Below, piece by piece: positions 46,984 to 59,586 of a stretch of DNA of 64,000 bases. Both the position numbers and the translations under genes were made by a program. Below the pieces are notes generated by a model that was not told the origin of the DNA, made no database searches, and saw only the letters and a program-made list of their open reading frames with translations. The first letter of the stretch is position 1. Each line of letters begins with the position of its first letter. This DNA comes from Takakia lepidozioides (Eukaryota; Plantae; Bryophyta): contig CM060734.1 of assembly GCA_030704615.1 (NCBI GenBank), forward strand, positions 33,976,001 to 34,040,000. The letters are read 5' to 3'.

Positions 46984-49900
46984 ATGGATACAGAGATATA
47001 CTTAATATTACAATCTCAGGATTTGCATCGTGTACACGATTATCATTATGTTGTTGGAGACTGTTTATTTGATTCGGTTGCTTATTTGCTGCATTATGAA
47101 ATATCATCTGCAGATCTCCGTCATCAAACCATGAAACATTTTATGCAAACTTTACAATTGCCCACTGATGAGGTGGCCGAAATGATTCAAATCCACTTTT
47201 CTTCGGACACCCTCTATGAGTTACATGGTGTTCGCACAATTGATGAATTTGTTCAACAAATGTCCCAAAGTGTTGTTTGTGGAGGTTTAGAAGGTGATAA
47301 TCGTGCCATTTTTTGTTTAGCAAATTATTTACAAAGACCCATTCGGTTATGGTCTCGAGTAAATAAAACAATAATGTTTTCTGTGGGTGATCAATTTGTT
47401 ACGCATACCCCTCTCCAACTACTTTATGACGGGCACTTTGAACCTATTATTTTTGAAAGAACTCATTGCACTTCAAATGTTATGCCGTCGACCTCGATTT
47501 CAAATTCTCGGTCGCTTTTGATTTCTGGATTTGCAACATCGGTACAACCTTCTTTGATATCACAACATGTCACTAAAAAAAGGGGTCGACAACAAAATGA
47601 TATTATGAACAACACCAATGTAACCCCGAAAACACCTCGTTTTCAATGGCTACCAACTCATGATGAACACATGTTCAATTTGATGGTCGAGTTTCCGTCG
47701 TCCACTCTCAAAGACATAGCGCACATCTTCTCCCATCATTATGCAACTTTGAATCTCACATTTACTCAAATATATTCTCATTTGCGACGAATTAATAATA
47801 AAAGAAAGTATATAGCAAAACAAAATACACCGCAAATTGATTCTCCCATTGCTCTTGAAAGTTCAGTCCAACCAATACCTCTTCATTCATTGCATCATTC
47901 CAACAATAATCCCATTGAAATTCATGTCAACTCTGCTCATCGCATTAAATACATAGAAAAATTGTCTGATACACCAGTGCATCCATGTATGTGTTGTCAT
48001 CGACTATGTTTTAAAAAACAAATTGTTACACCGACAAAAAAATTGTTAAAAAAATTAGCCGTGTATATTCCTATTGTAACAACGGAACAAAATCATGGAC
48101 AAATGTTTATATGTCGAAGTTGTAAATTAATGCTTGACCACGATAAATCTCCTAAATATATAGTTTCTAACATAATTCATTTAAATGCTCCTATTAATAA
48201 TGTTCAAAACCTCAATGCGCTTGAGGAAAGATTAATTGCACCACGTATGGCATTTGCCCAAATATATCAATTGCAAGGTTATGGCCAACATGGTATACGT
48301 GGTAGTATTATAAACGTTCCATCAAATGTTAACATTACACAATCAGTTTTACCTCGCATGCCGAATGACGATACTACCATTGGAGTACTTTTAAAACGTC
48401 GTCTGGAATATAAATCTCCATATTTATCAGGAACTGTTTGTCCCAATTTTATTATGTTGGCTTTACATGATCTTGTTACTACTCCATTATACATAGAAGC
48501 TAATGTTACCATTCGACCACAATGGTTAGGATTATTTGCAATGTCCCATCAAACAGAACAAAATTATATAAATATCGATGAACCATTAGAAGAATTTAAT
48601 GAATATCTCAAGATGAGTTTGAGAAAATACTACTAGCGATACTCTGGTACAAAATATCCTCACTTCAGAGCAAATACAAGTATTTCATGATGGTCTATTA
48701 ACAGTAGTTCCTTCTCAAGACTTTAAATCATTGGGTCTTTTCCAAGATACTCATAGTGAAGAATTGAATTTTCCTACTTTGTTTTTTGGACATCCTCGAT
48801 CAAACACTGGTTCATTGTCTTATCAAGCCATTGCGCAATGGGAACTATTACATAAAGATCATGATTTCGCGAGACATATTCCAAATCTTTTTTTTAAAGC
48901 TATCAAAGTATTAATTCATGGCGTTACATCATCTTCATGGATTCATATTCGTAAAGGTAAACTTCTTGGTAGACAATTGAAAGCGGGTGAACTTACTAAA
49001 AACCAAATTTAGATAAATTATTACGCTCGGATCTAGGCTATAGGGATTTGGAAAGATTACGAACATCGCCAGATTATTTGGCTCGTCTCTGGAAAGAGGC
49101 CTTTGCAATGATTCGACAACTAGGACCACCAACTTTCTTTGTCACATTTACAAGTGCAGAAAGTAAATGGCCATCTTTACTGCAAACCATCCATTCGCTC
49201 AATCATAAAAAATTGGGAATTCCAAATGACATTCAAAATTTGGAAAGTAAACACGTTGCTGAATTGGTAAAGATCGGATCCCGTTACATGTGCTCGATAT
49301 TATGATCATCGAATGGGTGCATTTAGACATCTATTTATGAAAGATCATACCATTTTTGGAACACTCCGTGATTTCTTCTTTGTAACGGAATTTCAAAGCC
49401 GAGGCAGTGAGCATGATCATGGTATGTTATGGATAGCTAATGCACCAATTTACGGGGTTGATAAAAATGATATAATTGAACAATTCGTAGATAAATATAT
49501 AACATCCAATAGTAATGTTCTTCTACCCATTCTACATGAAGCTCAAACCCATCGGCACAAACGAACATGTAGGAAAAAGAATCAAGCTATATGTCGTTTT
49601 CATTATCCATTGCCCCCAATGGATTCTACCACAATTTTGGAACCTTTAACAGAACAATTAAACAAACAAGAATTGATGCATTTGAATCAAAATATCAACT
49701 GTAATATTTACTGAGTTGGACAAAATGGATATGGGTTTAGATATTACATTTAATGTGTTTCTTTCATTGTTACATATTGATGAAAAAACATATATAGCTA
49801 CTTTACGTAGTAGATTACACAAACCAACTTTATTTTAAAAAAGAGCATGTAAAGACATTCGCACAAACGCATTTGGCATACATGCGGGTCCACTGTGGCA

Positions 49901-52797
49901 AGCTAATACTGATGCACAATATATTCTTGATCCTTATGCGGCAGCTAGTTATTGTACATCTTATCTAACTAAAATAGATAAAACTATTACTAATGAATTT
50001 CGCACAATCATAGAAAAATGTAATTCAGAACAAATTGATGCAAATGTCAGACTCCGTAAAATGGGAAATGTTTTCCTAAATGCACAACAGATGTCGGCTC
50101 AATTGGCTGCATATATTGTGTTATCCATACCACTATATCATGCATCAAGAACTTTCAAATTCATAACTACATCATCTCCGCAAGAACGTGCATTTGTATT
50201 GAAATCCGATAAAGATTTGCGAGGTCTTCCACCCGAGTCCACAGATATTAAATGTTCATCTGCTATTGACAAATATATTGAGCGACCAACTACATTACAT
50301 CACTTGAGTCTCAGTGAATATGTAGCAGATTATAATGTAGATAGAAGTAATATAAAACCGCGGCAAAAATCCCATATTATTAGGTATGTGCACTATAACG
50401 AACATCGCGATTCTGAGAACTATTATCGGGAACAACTTTTACTTTTTCATCCATTTGTGGGAAGCGAAGAATCACAAAAAGGCGACCATGAAACATGATA
50501 TGATGCTTATTTGGTTCATAAACGAACTATATTGATGGAACGTGACAAATTCATATATAAAACAGAAAACACTACTATTTCAAATTGGAATACATTAGAG
50601 ACAAAACCACACGAATTAGCAAAAACCAACAATCTTAGTATATGGATGGACAAATTCATTGATGTTGATATAGAACCAAACGTTTTTGAGTCTATGACAG
50701 ATTGCACAGGGATTGAAACATATGACATAGCAACAGAATTCCATTTGCGTCCTGAAATTGGATTGTTAACAACAATACCGGAGGCAAACATATCTACAAC
50801 ACCTGACAACATTATTCCTAATAAACAATTTTATGAACAACTACGAAAGCTTAATCCAGAACAACGTGCAATTTTCGATGACTGCATACACAGAAAACAG
50901 ATGTTTCCTGACAAACCCTTGCATTTGTTTCTAACTGGGGGATCAGGAACTGGAAAAATGTTTACTTTACTTATTATTATTCAAGGTATGCTTAGATTTT
51001 ATAATAAACATCCACAATCTGACCCACTTAAGAAAAAAACAATTCTTATGGCTTACACTGGCAAAGCAGCCTTCAATATTGATGGAACAACCATTCATTT
51101 TGGGCTAAGCATACCTCTTAATTGCAAAGATTTGCCTTCACTTGGATCGGAACGACTGGACACGTTGGTAAAATCATTTGATCAACTACAACTTATGGTG
51201 TTAGATGAAGTGTCTCTTGTGGGTAACAAGATGCTTACGTTTATTGATCAACGACTACGATCAATTAAACAAATTCATGGTACTTTCTTTGGTAATATTG
51301 ATGTTATTATTACTGGAGATTTTTTATCAGGCACCGCTAGTAAGAGATTTGTGGATTTTTAAGAAAAAACTCGGAAGTCCTGATGCTTTAGTTCCTGGTT
51401 TTTGGCAGGACTCTGTTAAATGTTACGAACTTACTCAAGTAATGCGTCAATCAGATAATGAATTTATTGGCATACTCAATCGACTACGAACAACAACAGC
51501 AACCCAACACGATATTAATATTCTAAATCAACAATGTTGTCACCCTCCGCCAAACAATCCACCATTTCCACATTTATATTATACCAACAAAAATATGTTA
51601 ATTCATAATCATAAAGCATTCGAGCAAACTAAAGGATCTGTATATATTTTTGAAGCTATTGACAAACACCATGATACATGTCCATCTACTTTTAAGCTCT
51701 TGGACAATGCAGCCAACACGGCCGGCTTACATACAACAATTCATGTTAAAAAAGAGATGTTAATTGAATTATGTGCAGGAAATTATGCAACTCATGATGG
51801 TCTAGAAAATGGGGCGGACAATATATTTAAACATACTTCCGTGTTAACAAATTCAACCCCTTTAATATGGATACAATTTAACAATCCAAAATTTGGTGTT
51901 GCTACACGTGCAAAAAATATTCACTTATATAACTCAACAATAGATAAGTTATGGACTCCAATTCAACCAATTTCTAAAGAGATTCAAATAGGATCAAATA
52001 CTTCACATACAATTACAAGAACCCAATTTCCTATTCAATTAGCAGCCGCTCGAACAATCCATCGTTCTCAAGGCTTAACTTTGGACTATCTAGCATTCGA
52101 TCCTACAGGGGTATATAAACATGGTTTAAGTTATACAGCTTTGTCACGCATACGTAACAAAGAAAACTTATACCTCTTAGCAAATTTGCAATGGAAAAAT
52201 TTTCATGTTGACAATGGGGTTGCCGAGGAGATGCAACGTCTACATACAAGCGCACGATGGCAGTTACTCGTTCCAACTTTGCACATATACAAACAATCAC
52301 ATGTATATACAAGATCATTGTTATTACATAAAGAAGATGTTTTTGCAGACCACAACTTACAAACGGCTCATATTTTATGTTTTAGTGAAACACACTTCAA
52401 ACCTAATTCCAATATAAATCTGTTTATGGATTCAAAATATTCATATATCACTGTACATGGTAGTCATGGCACCATGATGTTATATGACACAACAATGTCC
52501 TTAGTATCTCATGAAGTGTTTTCATTCTCCGGTGCTGAATATATAATGGCCACTTTCAATAAAAATACAAGAAGAGCTATTCATGTAGTTACTATTTACA
52601 AACCTCCATCACTTTCGATATCTATATTTTTGTCTCAACTACAAACAATTCTTCATAAAATACCACATTTTTGTCCCACCATTATTATAGGGGATTTCAA
52701 TATAAATATATTACAAAATAATGCAACCATGTCAAAACAATTGCTACAATTCATGAGGATGTTCAATATGACACTTCAATTCATGGATGATAGATGA
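46984..52797 (+). mobile_element. Helentron/Helitron2-type RepHel pseudogene: OTU, Myb-like, Cys-rich/DUF6570-like, HUH Rep, PIF1 helicase, APE endonuclease
   Basis: OTU: VGDCLFDSV...YDGHFEP. Rep: PPTFFVTFT, EFQSRGSEHDH, YCTSYLTK. Helicase: FLTGGSGTGK, DEVSLV, QFPIQLAAARTIHRSQG, YTALSR. APE: LCFSETH, IIIGDFN. Many disruptions; truncated before the SDH motif. Confidence 0.92.
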
Positions 52798-52799
52798 GA

Positions 52800-54875
52800 A
52801 AATGAAGTTATTCGGGCAATAGCCAATTCTGACATCTTCCCTCAATGAACTGGAAGTGGTAGTGAGATTACTATTGACAGACCGACAAGCTATGTTTTTC
52901 TAGTTAAAATTCTTTGGCATTTGCAGTGTCAAAAAATGGTGATCCAACTTGTCGCAATGTATTGGTAAAAATGTCAGATAGAAGCAAAGGGATAATGTAA
53001 GTTATTGTAAATAGCGTAGCCATGGAACGAACATAGTCACCTTGTCTGCTATAATTTAGTCTGTACCCATAAGACGTTGATATTGGTCACACTGCTGCCG
53101 GCAATAGGACGACTAATTCGAGCTAGGTGTGAGCAACGTGCAGTGGAGACTAGCCAATCCGCTGAAGAGTTTATCATTGTGAACTATGCTCGATCCAAGA
53201 AAGTTTGCCTAGCTTGCGTGACTTCAGTGAGGCGATCTGTTAAAGCTGGCATTGGTAGAAAGAGAAAGGTGATTGCACCTTTGACATATGAGATGGACAA
53301 AAAGATATTGGATCAGCCTATGATGTCTCGCACTGATCGACGAGGCTGTGTCATGAGAGTCACTTACTATGTGATGCATAATTTCTGTGTTAGGGCTCAG
53401 AAAGAGCTTTACAACATCATGGATTGCAATTTCTCTATTGCCAATGATAATGTGAATGGAAAATCTGTCAGATTTGATGAGCGTGAGAGCAAGAACCACA
53501 AGATGGATTTGAAGCACTGTCAACCTGAGAAATTGCGCAGGACAGTGACTGGTAAACCACCCGGACGTTGTTGCGACATTTGAAACCTACTTCGAGCATC
53601 TGCCACATTGGAACGACGATGAACAGGGACCACACCCTTCCTTCTTACGTGCTATTGATGGAGTGAATTTGAAAGATCCCGGTGTTTGGTATGCAAAGTC
53701 TAGAGTGGGAATGAAGATGATCGTGAAACTTATGATAAGCAACATTGTGAGCAGTGCTGATGGAAACTACTCTAACAAGAGCGCACGGGTGATCACTGTG
53801 ACCCGGTTCAATGCGATGGGAGTTCCCCCTAAGATCGGAATGAGAATGACTGGTCATACCTCGAGAAAGGGTTACATGAGATATGACACAGATTCAGAGG
53901 GTTACAAAGAGTTCAGAGAGTTCCCCTAAGATCGGAATGAGAATGACTGGTCATACCTCGAGAGAGGGTTACATGAGATATGACACAGATTCAGAGGGAA
54001 ATTACATGCGAGCCTTGCAAAACATTGCTAGCGGCGTTCTTGGCACGTGAGGTGACATATCCTGGGAGACTGCCTTGAAGTACGAGCATAATCGATACCT
54101 TGAGATGCAAGGAATGTCAGTTCCAAGAGGCACATCTTCTTCTACCTGCATTGCATCAACCGTTCCATCTATTGGGCCTTCTGAAGAACAGATAATACCT
54201 GTCACAACTATCCCTACCATTGAACCGGTGCCAGCTTGTTCTTCCCTTGATTTATGCAAGAAACTCCCGTTATCAGAGGATAACTTTTGGGAGCATGAAG
54301 ATGTCTTTTCAGAGGTTTCAGAAATGATGCAGCGTGGTGAAGCACTCCTTCCCGAGCTCCTTCTTCCTCGTCCCGAACCAAAATGTGGACCTATTTATAG
54401 CGTTTCGAATAATACCTCCACTACAGGGAATACCATCTTTCACGGCAATCTTTCGAACTGCACAATCCAGCTTACTATGCCTGATGCGGCTTCAGCAGCT
54501 GCCTTGCTTGCAAATGTAACGTCATGTATGAAGAAGAATGTTTTTGACATTCATGAGAAGAAATAGTTCATAAAGAAATTCGTTGTAGGAGATTCATATA
54601 CTCCATTGAGCAGATTCAATTGATTTTTACACTCTGCATAAGCTTCATTGAGCTTTATCTGAGTACAACATTACCTTGCAAGCAATAAAAATTTCATCTC
54701 CGGATTTCAGGATTTTTATCTGGCTCACTCGATCCACTTTTAACTCGTTGGCATAATCTGCCGTCACTCCCCTAGTGTGGGGCATTCCCAGATTTTCGGG
54801 CCTTCAACTGGGGCTACCGCCCTCGGTCATCAGGCACTTAAATCCGGGAATGCCCTCCACTCAGGGCATTACCAT
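52800..54875 (+). mobile_element. Crypton-type tyrosine recombinase element remnant (DUF3504-like)
   Basis: NFCVRAQKEL (R), ERESKNHK (K), WYAKSRVG, YSNKSAR (HxxR position), MTGHTS and YMRY. Duplication of ~80 bp at 53820-53901 and 53919-53998. ~26-bp inverted repeat at 54769-54795 and 54840-54866 near the likely end. Confidence 0.78.
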
Positions 54876-55568
54876 ATACATAAACCCAGTCTACCATACA
54901 CTGATGAGTCTTCATGCGAATTCAAGATAGGAATGTTGCTCCTCAAACACTCAAATGCTTGGCTGTTCCCGCACGGATCAGAATGCATCCACCGATTTGT
55001 AAGTGCTGCTTTCGAGATGTCTATGCACCCACAGTAGAATCGAATGTCTTCTCCAATCTCAAATCCAGCTTCCAAACCCAACTAGCTCAACATCCCTCTT
55101 CAATATGCAGGGAGGACCGCCGCCGCAGTGGCCTCTATGGCGCACGCGATCAACTCATCCACTTTTCCTTTTTATTGATCAGGATCTCAGGGATCAATTC
55201 TGGGTACTTAGTTTGGATCTGTCAGCATATGCAGGAAGCATTGCTCTCAGCGCAATGCAATTTTTTGACACTAGTATTTTCATATTATTAGTAAGAACCC
55301 ACAATCGAGGGCATGATTGAAATTTTACAAGCAACTTCATCTAGAGCTCAGTGTTCTCTATCTTGATGGCAATAAACGGCCCTGGCAACCGCACTCTACC
55401 AGTTTCCTACATCCGTCTGTGTCTAAACCCGAAGCGAACTCTGGTGCTTGTAAGTTTTGGTCCATCTTCAGCTCAAAGAGCATACTGGGCTTGTACAAGC
55501 TAACAAGTTTGAGTAGATTCCACTCAAGTGTGACGGAAGGAGCTGCTACAACTTCAAAAATAAGAATT

Positions 55569-58500
55569 TCACCTATCCCAAAATGCATTTAAGTCTAGCT
55601 CACTGCCCCGGGACATCACCCTATTTCCTTGATTCAAATCAAGTGGCCCCTCTGTCTTGATACGATTGAGCAACGTAGGGCCTGCCCTGTGGGATGTTGT
55701 CATGTCAATATGAAAGGGCCCCTGCAGAGATGATGCAGTGGGCCTGGAATCACCACCATTCTGCCTCTCGTCCATCAGCGATTGAATGCCACCTCGCCTT
55801 GGCGTAGGCCTCTCCAAAGCAGCACTCCCAGACTCCAGTACAAAGGTATGCGACGAATTGCCTCCAGGGGAAGATTTGTCAGCACCTCCTTCTGGCATAG
55901 ACATCCCACCACTCAATGACACCCCATCTTGCGAAGCTGCGCCCCACGTCGGGGGACCCTGCATTTCGGTAGCACCCTTGAGGGCGGCGGCAGCCCTTGC
56001 GAGCCTATGCTCAGCCCTAGCATTGCCTGATCCCTGCGGGGGCAGGCAGTTAGCACTCATCTCTCGGAGGCGAGTGGTATCCTGCCCACCACCATCATCA
56101 TCCTCTGAACAAGCATAGGGGCTGCGAGGTCTTTTCTTACCAGTTGCTGCCTGGTGCTCGCCGCTTCCCGAAACACCCCCACTGTCCTCAGGGTTTGCTG
56201 TGAGGCTGGTGAGGTAGCTCTTTTGTGATGAAGACTCTGATGCTCGGGACTGCTGGCGTGGCAGCTGCTGTTGGGGGAGTGGAAGACCCACCCTTTGGTC
56301 GCTCCCAAGTGGTGATATGTCAGGCTGGGTTAGCCCAGGCAGAGACAGTGTAGAAAAAGCAGGAGCTAGTCGCTCGTTGGACACCTTGGATGCGAGCTCT
56401 GTGAGCTCTGCATGCGCTGCTTCCAGTCCTGGGGACGCCGCAGTGTGACCTGCCAAAGTTTCCTTGGCTTTCTCTAAGATTGATTGCAAGTACTTGCCTT
56501 GAGCTTCAATTCGCAGTTGTAAATGTCTTTGAACCTGCATCAAGGCCGCAGCAGTGAGAATAATGAGTTGATACGCCCGTTGCACCAAGCGGTGCTAACA
56601 AAATATTTGGTGTAACAAATGCAGGAAGCGATGCTAGTGCCAAACTAATGTGAAAGGAGATCCAGCAACAATTGTGCTGTGATGCTCTAGTAGATCCGTT
56701 GACAAACAAAGCGTAACTCACTGGACACAACAGCAAACTTTGTACCCAACGGCACAGAAGTTTCTGTCCTAGTTCTGCATTGTTTTGAACGCAGACGCTC
56801 GGAACAATAGCATCTAGACAAAGTCAGCCGCCCCTTGTGACAACAAGCAAGGAAGACTAGAATAACTACCTCAAGTTGCTCTTGTAGCCGACGCTGAACT
56901 TCCATTTGCAGGCGTATAGCTTCCGTGATCTGCAAGTTACTGCGAACATTGCCAAAAATCATTATTTCAACCTTAGCAAGACCAAGTTGGACATATAGGT
57001 TGTTTCCACGACGATTCAGGGATGCTGCCCCAAAATCCATCAGTCCTCTGCCTATCCATGAATCCAATAAAACAGTTTATATCTCTTGGAAAGACGAATC
57101 GATGCTGGTGGGACTAAAAAAGTGAAAATACAGTTAGAGATAGATGCTTGATTCAACTAATAATTGGCACTCTTTTCCATCAGCTGTACATTGGAAAAAG
57201 CAGAAGGAAAGAGTTGCCACATACTCTTGAGGGGTTTGTGACTTCGTTGTGCCCAATCTTTCAGAGGCACCAGTGCTTGTTCGTTGCCCATCTGGAGACC
57301 CTGCTACAGGCCATTGAAACAATCAATCCAGTGAACCCCAGCAATGTAAGAGACAAAGTAGGATATGATGGCTTAAATCTAGATTTGTTTAAAGCTTCTG
57401 TTACCAGATTTAAAGAGGGAAAGGTTTACTTTAGCTTTCATGGGAGAGACAGTGAACTGTGCATAGCAATGGTGAACTCTAGAGCCACATACCAAGGGGA
57501 CCGTCTTGATTGGCTTCATGCACATGTGTATCTCTGTGTAGTTGCTTCCCCAGTCTATATTTCTGCAAGCCCACAATACGATGTGTTGGCTTAGATTGTT
57601 CATGACAAACAAAATTCCAGCTTCTGAAACAGACACCGACCAAATATATACTTGTAAGCTAAGCTAGCAGTTGGATATAATTACTTCCCCACACCATACT
57701 TGAGCCAGAAGTATACATCCACATAAGGCAGCCCCAAACACTCTCAATTTGAAGGGCTCGCATCTGCCCAATCGAATGCGCACATTGATGTCGACTGGCT
57801 AATCGACAAGAGGGATAGCCATCATCAAGAGGAGGGCGTGGGAATATGAGCCACGTCCCACCTAGTGCTTGGCTCTATCTATACCCGAGCTCAACTGACC
57901 AATAATGCTACATGAAGGTCATTCAGAGAGATTGCCTATACAAAGGAGTAAACAAACCAGCAGACTAGGCAAGAGGGACGTCCTAGAGTCTGACCCACGT
58001 GACTTCCAGGTAAGTTCAAACACATGATCTGACGTTCTGTCCCTACCTACATGCCAGAAAAACACAGACATTCTGACATAAATTATACTAACTTGGATGT
58101 GCACACATATACACATGAACGATATGCATGGATGAACCTGGATAGCTACAAAACGAGTGGAAGAAAACACACGTTGCACAGGAGGCCTAGAGCCAATCAC
58201 TCTTGTTATCCCCCAATGATCCACAAAAAATTTCTACATGTGTACATATACCCTATATTTTACAGACATACAAAGGATGCCTGATGTTAACCTGGAGATG
58301 GCTTTTAAGGTGGTAGAGTGTGAGGCCCTTCACACCCATAACTCGCATCACGGATTTTGGTGTAGCCTCTGCAAGAATAAGAAATCGGGAGAAGTTTAGC
58401 AAATCTTGGAACAACGGAACGGGGCGTTTCCTGGATTATTCCGGCTGACATGCATCTAGAGAAGTTAGATTGATATGGATTCCTCCACAAATCCAGGCTT

Positions 58501-59586
58501 GAGCCCTATGCATGAAGATATGCCCTCGATTACATACCAATCACTTGTACCTAAGACCACATAAACTAGGTACTCGATCTCCCAAATTTGGCAAGCCTAA
58601 GGAGAATGACAGATTAGTGATCTGAACAATTAACATCTACACCACATTGCCTCTAAGCACGACGTTTATGCATACCTGGTGCTGCTGTCCATACCTTCTT
58701 CCTCAACATAAAATGAATCACTGTTCAACAATCGCGAATTTTCAAAAACTATCTAGGATTTTCTTTCTCAGGTCTTACAAATGGCGGTAGCCTCCCTGGC
58801 AGAAAGCTAGCTACAATTTTCCCAAGAAAGCTCAGGACTACGGAATTCCGACGTCCAGAAACTTGTTGTGTGATATATAGCATATTGTGAAGACCTGATT
58901 TGAGCTGAACATCTTGAGCTGCTTGACTGCGAGGTTAAGTGCATGCATTCCATCGAAGCCAGTTATTTCTTCCCAGGACAAGGCCTACCCACGACTGATA
59001 TAGGAGGGATCTCAAACCTAGCGACAAGTACAAGGAATCCACCAGTTGCATCTGCAAAACCTCACGTAATCTTATGAAGATTGATGTGAGATTTGAACCA
59101 GACGAACAAAACAGTAATCAGGGATCCTTTTTAGTTGCTCAAGGTCCCTAGATGATTGTTACCTAAACAAGCACCGTGTCGATACCAGGCGAAGTTCAAG
59201 TCCATTAAAAAAGCTTGAGCTACCTAGGTAAAATATTTAGAAGACAAATGGCAGGCCGTCCAATGACTATCAGTTGGAGAGGGCGCGCAGTCAGAGTTAG
59301 CAGCAAGGTCCACAGAGGATTTGGATAGCAGTAAGGGAGAGGAGGAAAAGAGGCCCAGAAAGGACTTACTATCAGCGCCACCGAGCTGTGAGACTGCGTC
59401 CACAAAACGCTCATGAAGCTCAGGTGTCCACCGCAACCGTGGCTTCGGATCAGTCGGGCTCATAGCTCCTCCCACATCTCCAGAAATGCTTGAACCATAT
59501 AGAGATGACCTCTCTGGATGTATCGGTGGTGGCTGCGCTCGATGCGGCATCAAGCCTGGGCTCATGTATTTCTTCATTTGGTACAT
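55569..59586 (-). CDS. MYB-CC (GARP/G2-like, PHL/APL/MYR-type) transcription factor; coding exons 59586-59370, 58368-58292, 57562-57493, 57300-57225, 56939-56870, 56534-55569
   Basis: TDPKPRLRWTPELHERFVDAV, KATPKSVMRVMGVKGLTLYHLKSHLQ, KYRLGKQ and QMEVQRRLQEQLE|VQRHLQLRIEAQGKYLQSILEKA. All introns are GT-AG with consistent phases. Two C-terminal LDLN (EAR-like) motifs. Confidence 0.93.

Noticed and set aside
57960-58015. Plus-strand RLGK segment followed by GTAAGT, resembling MYB-CC exon 3
   Set aside because: Wrong strand; the true exon KYRLGKQ is at 57562-57493.
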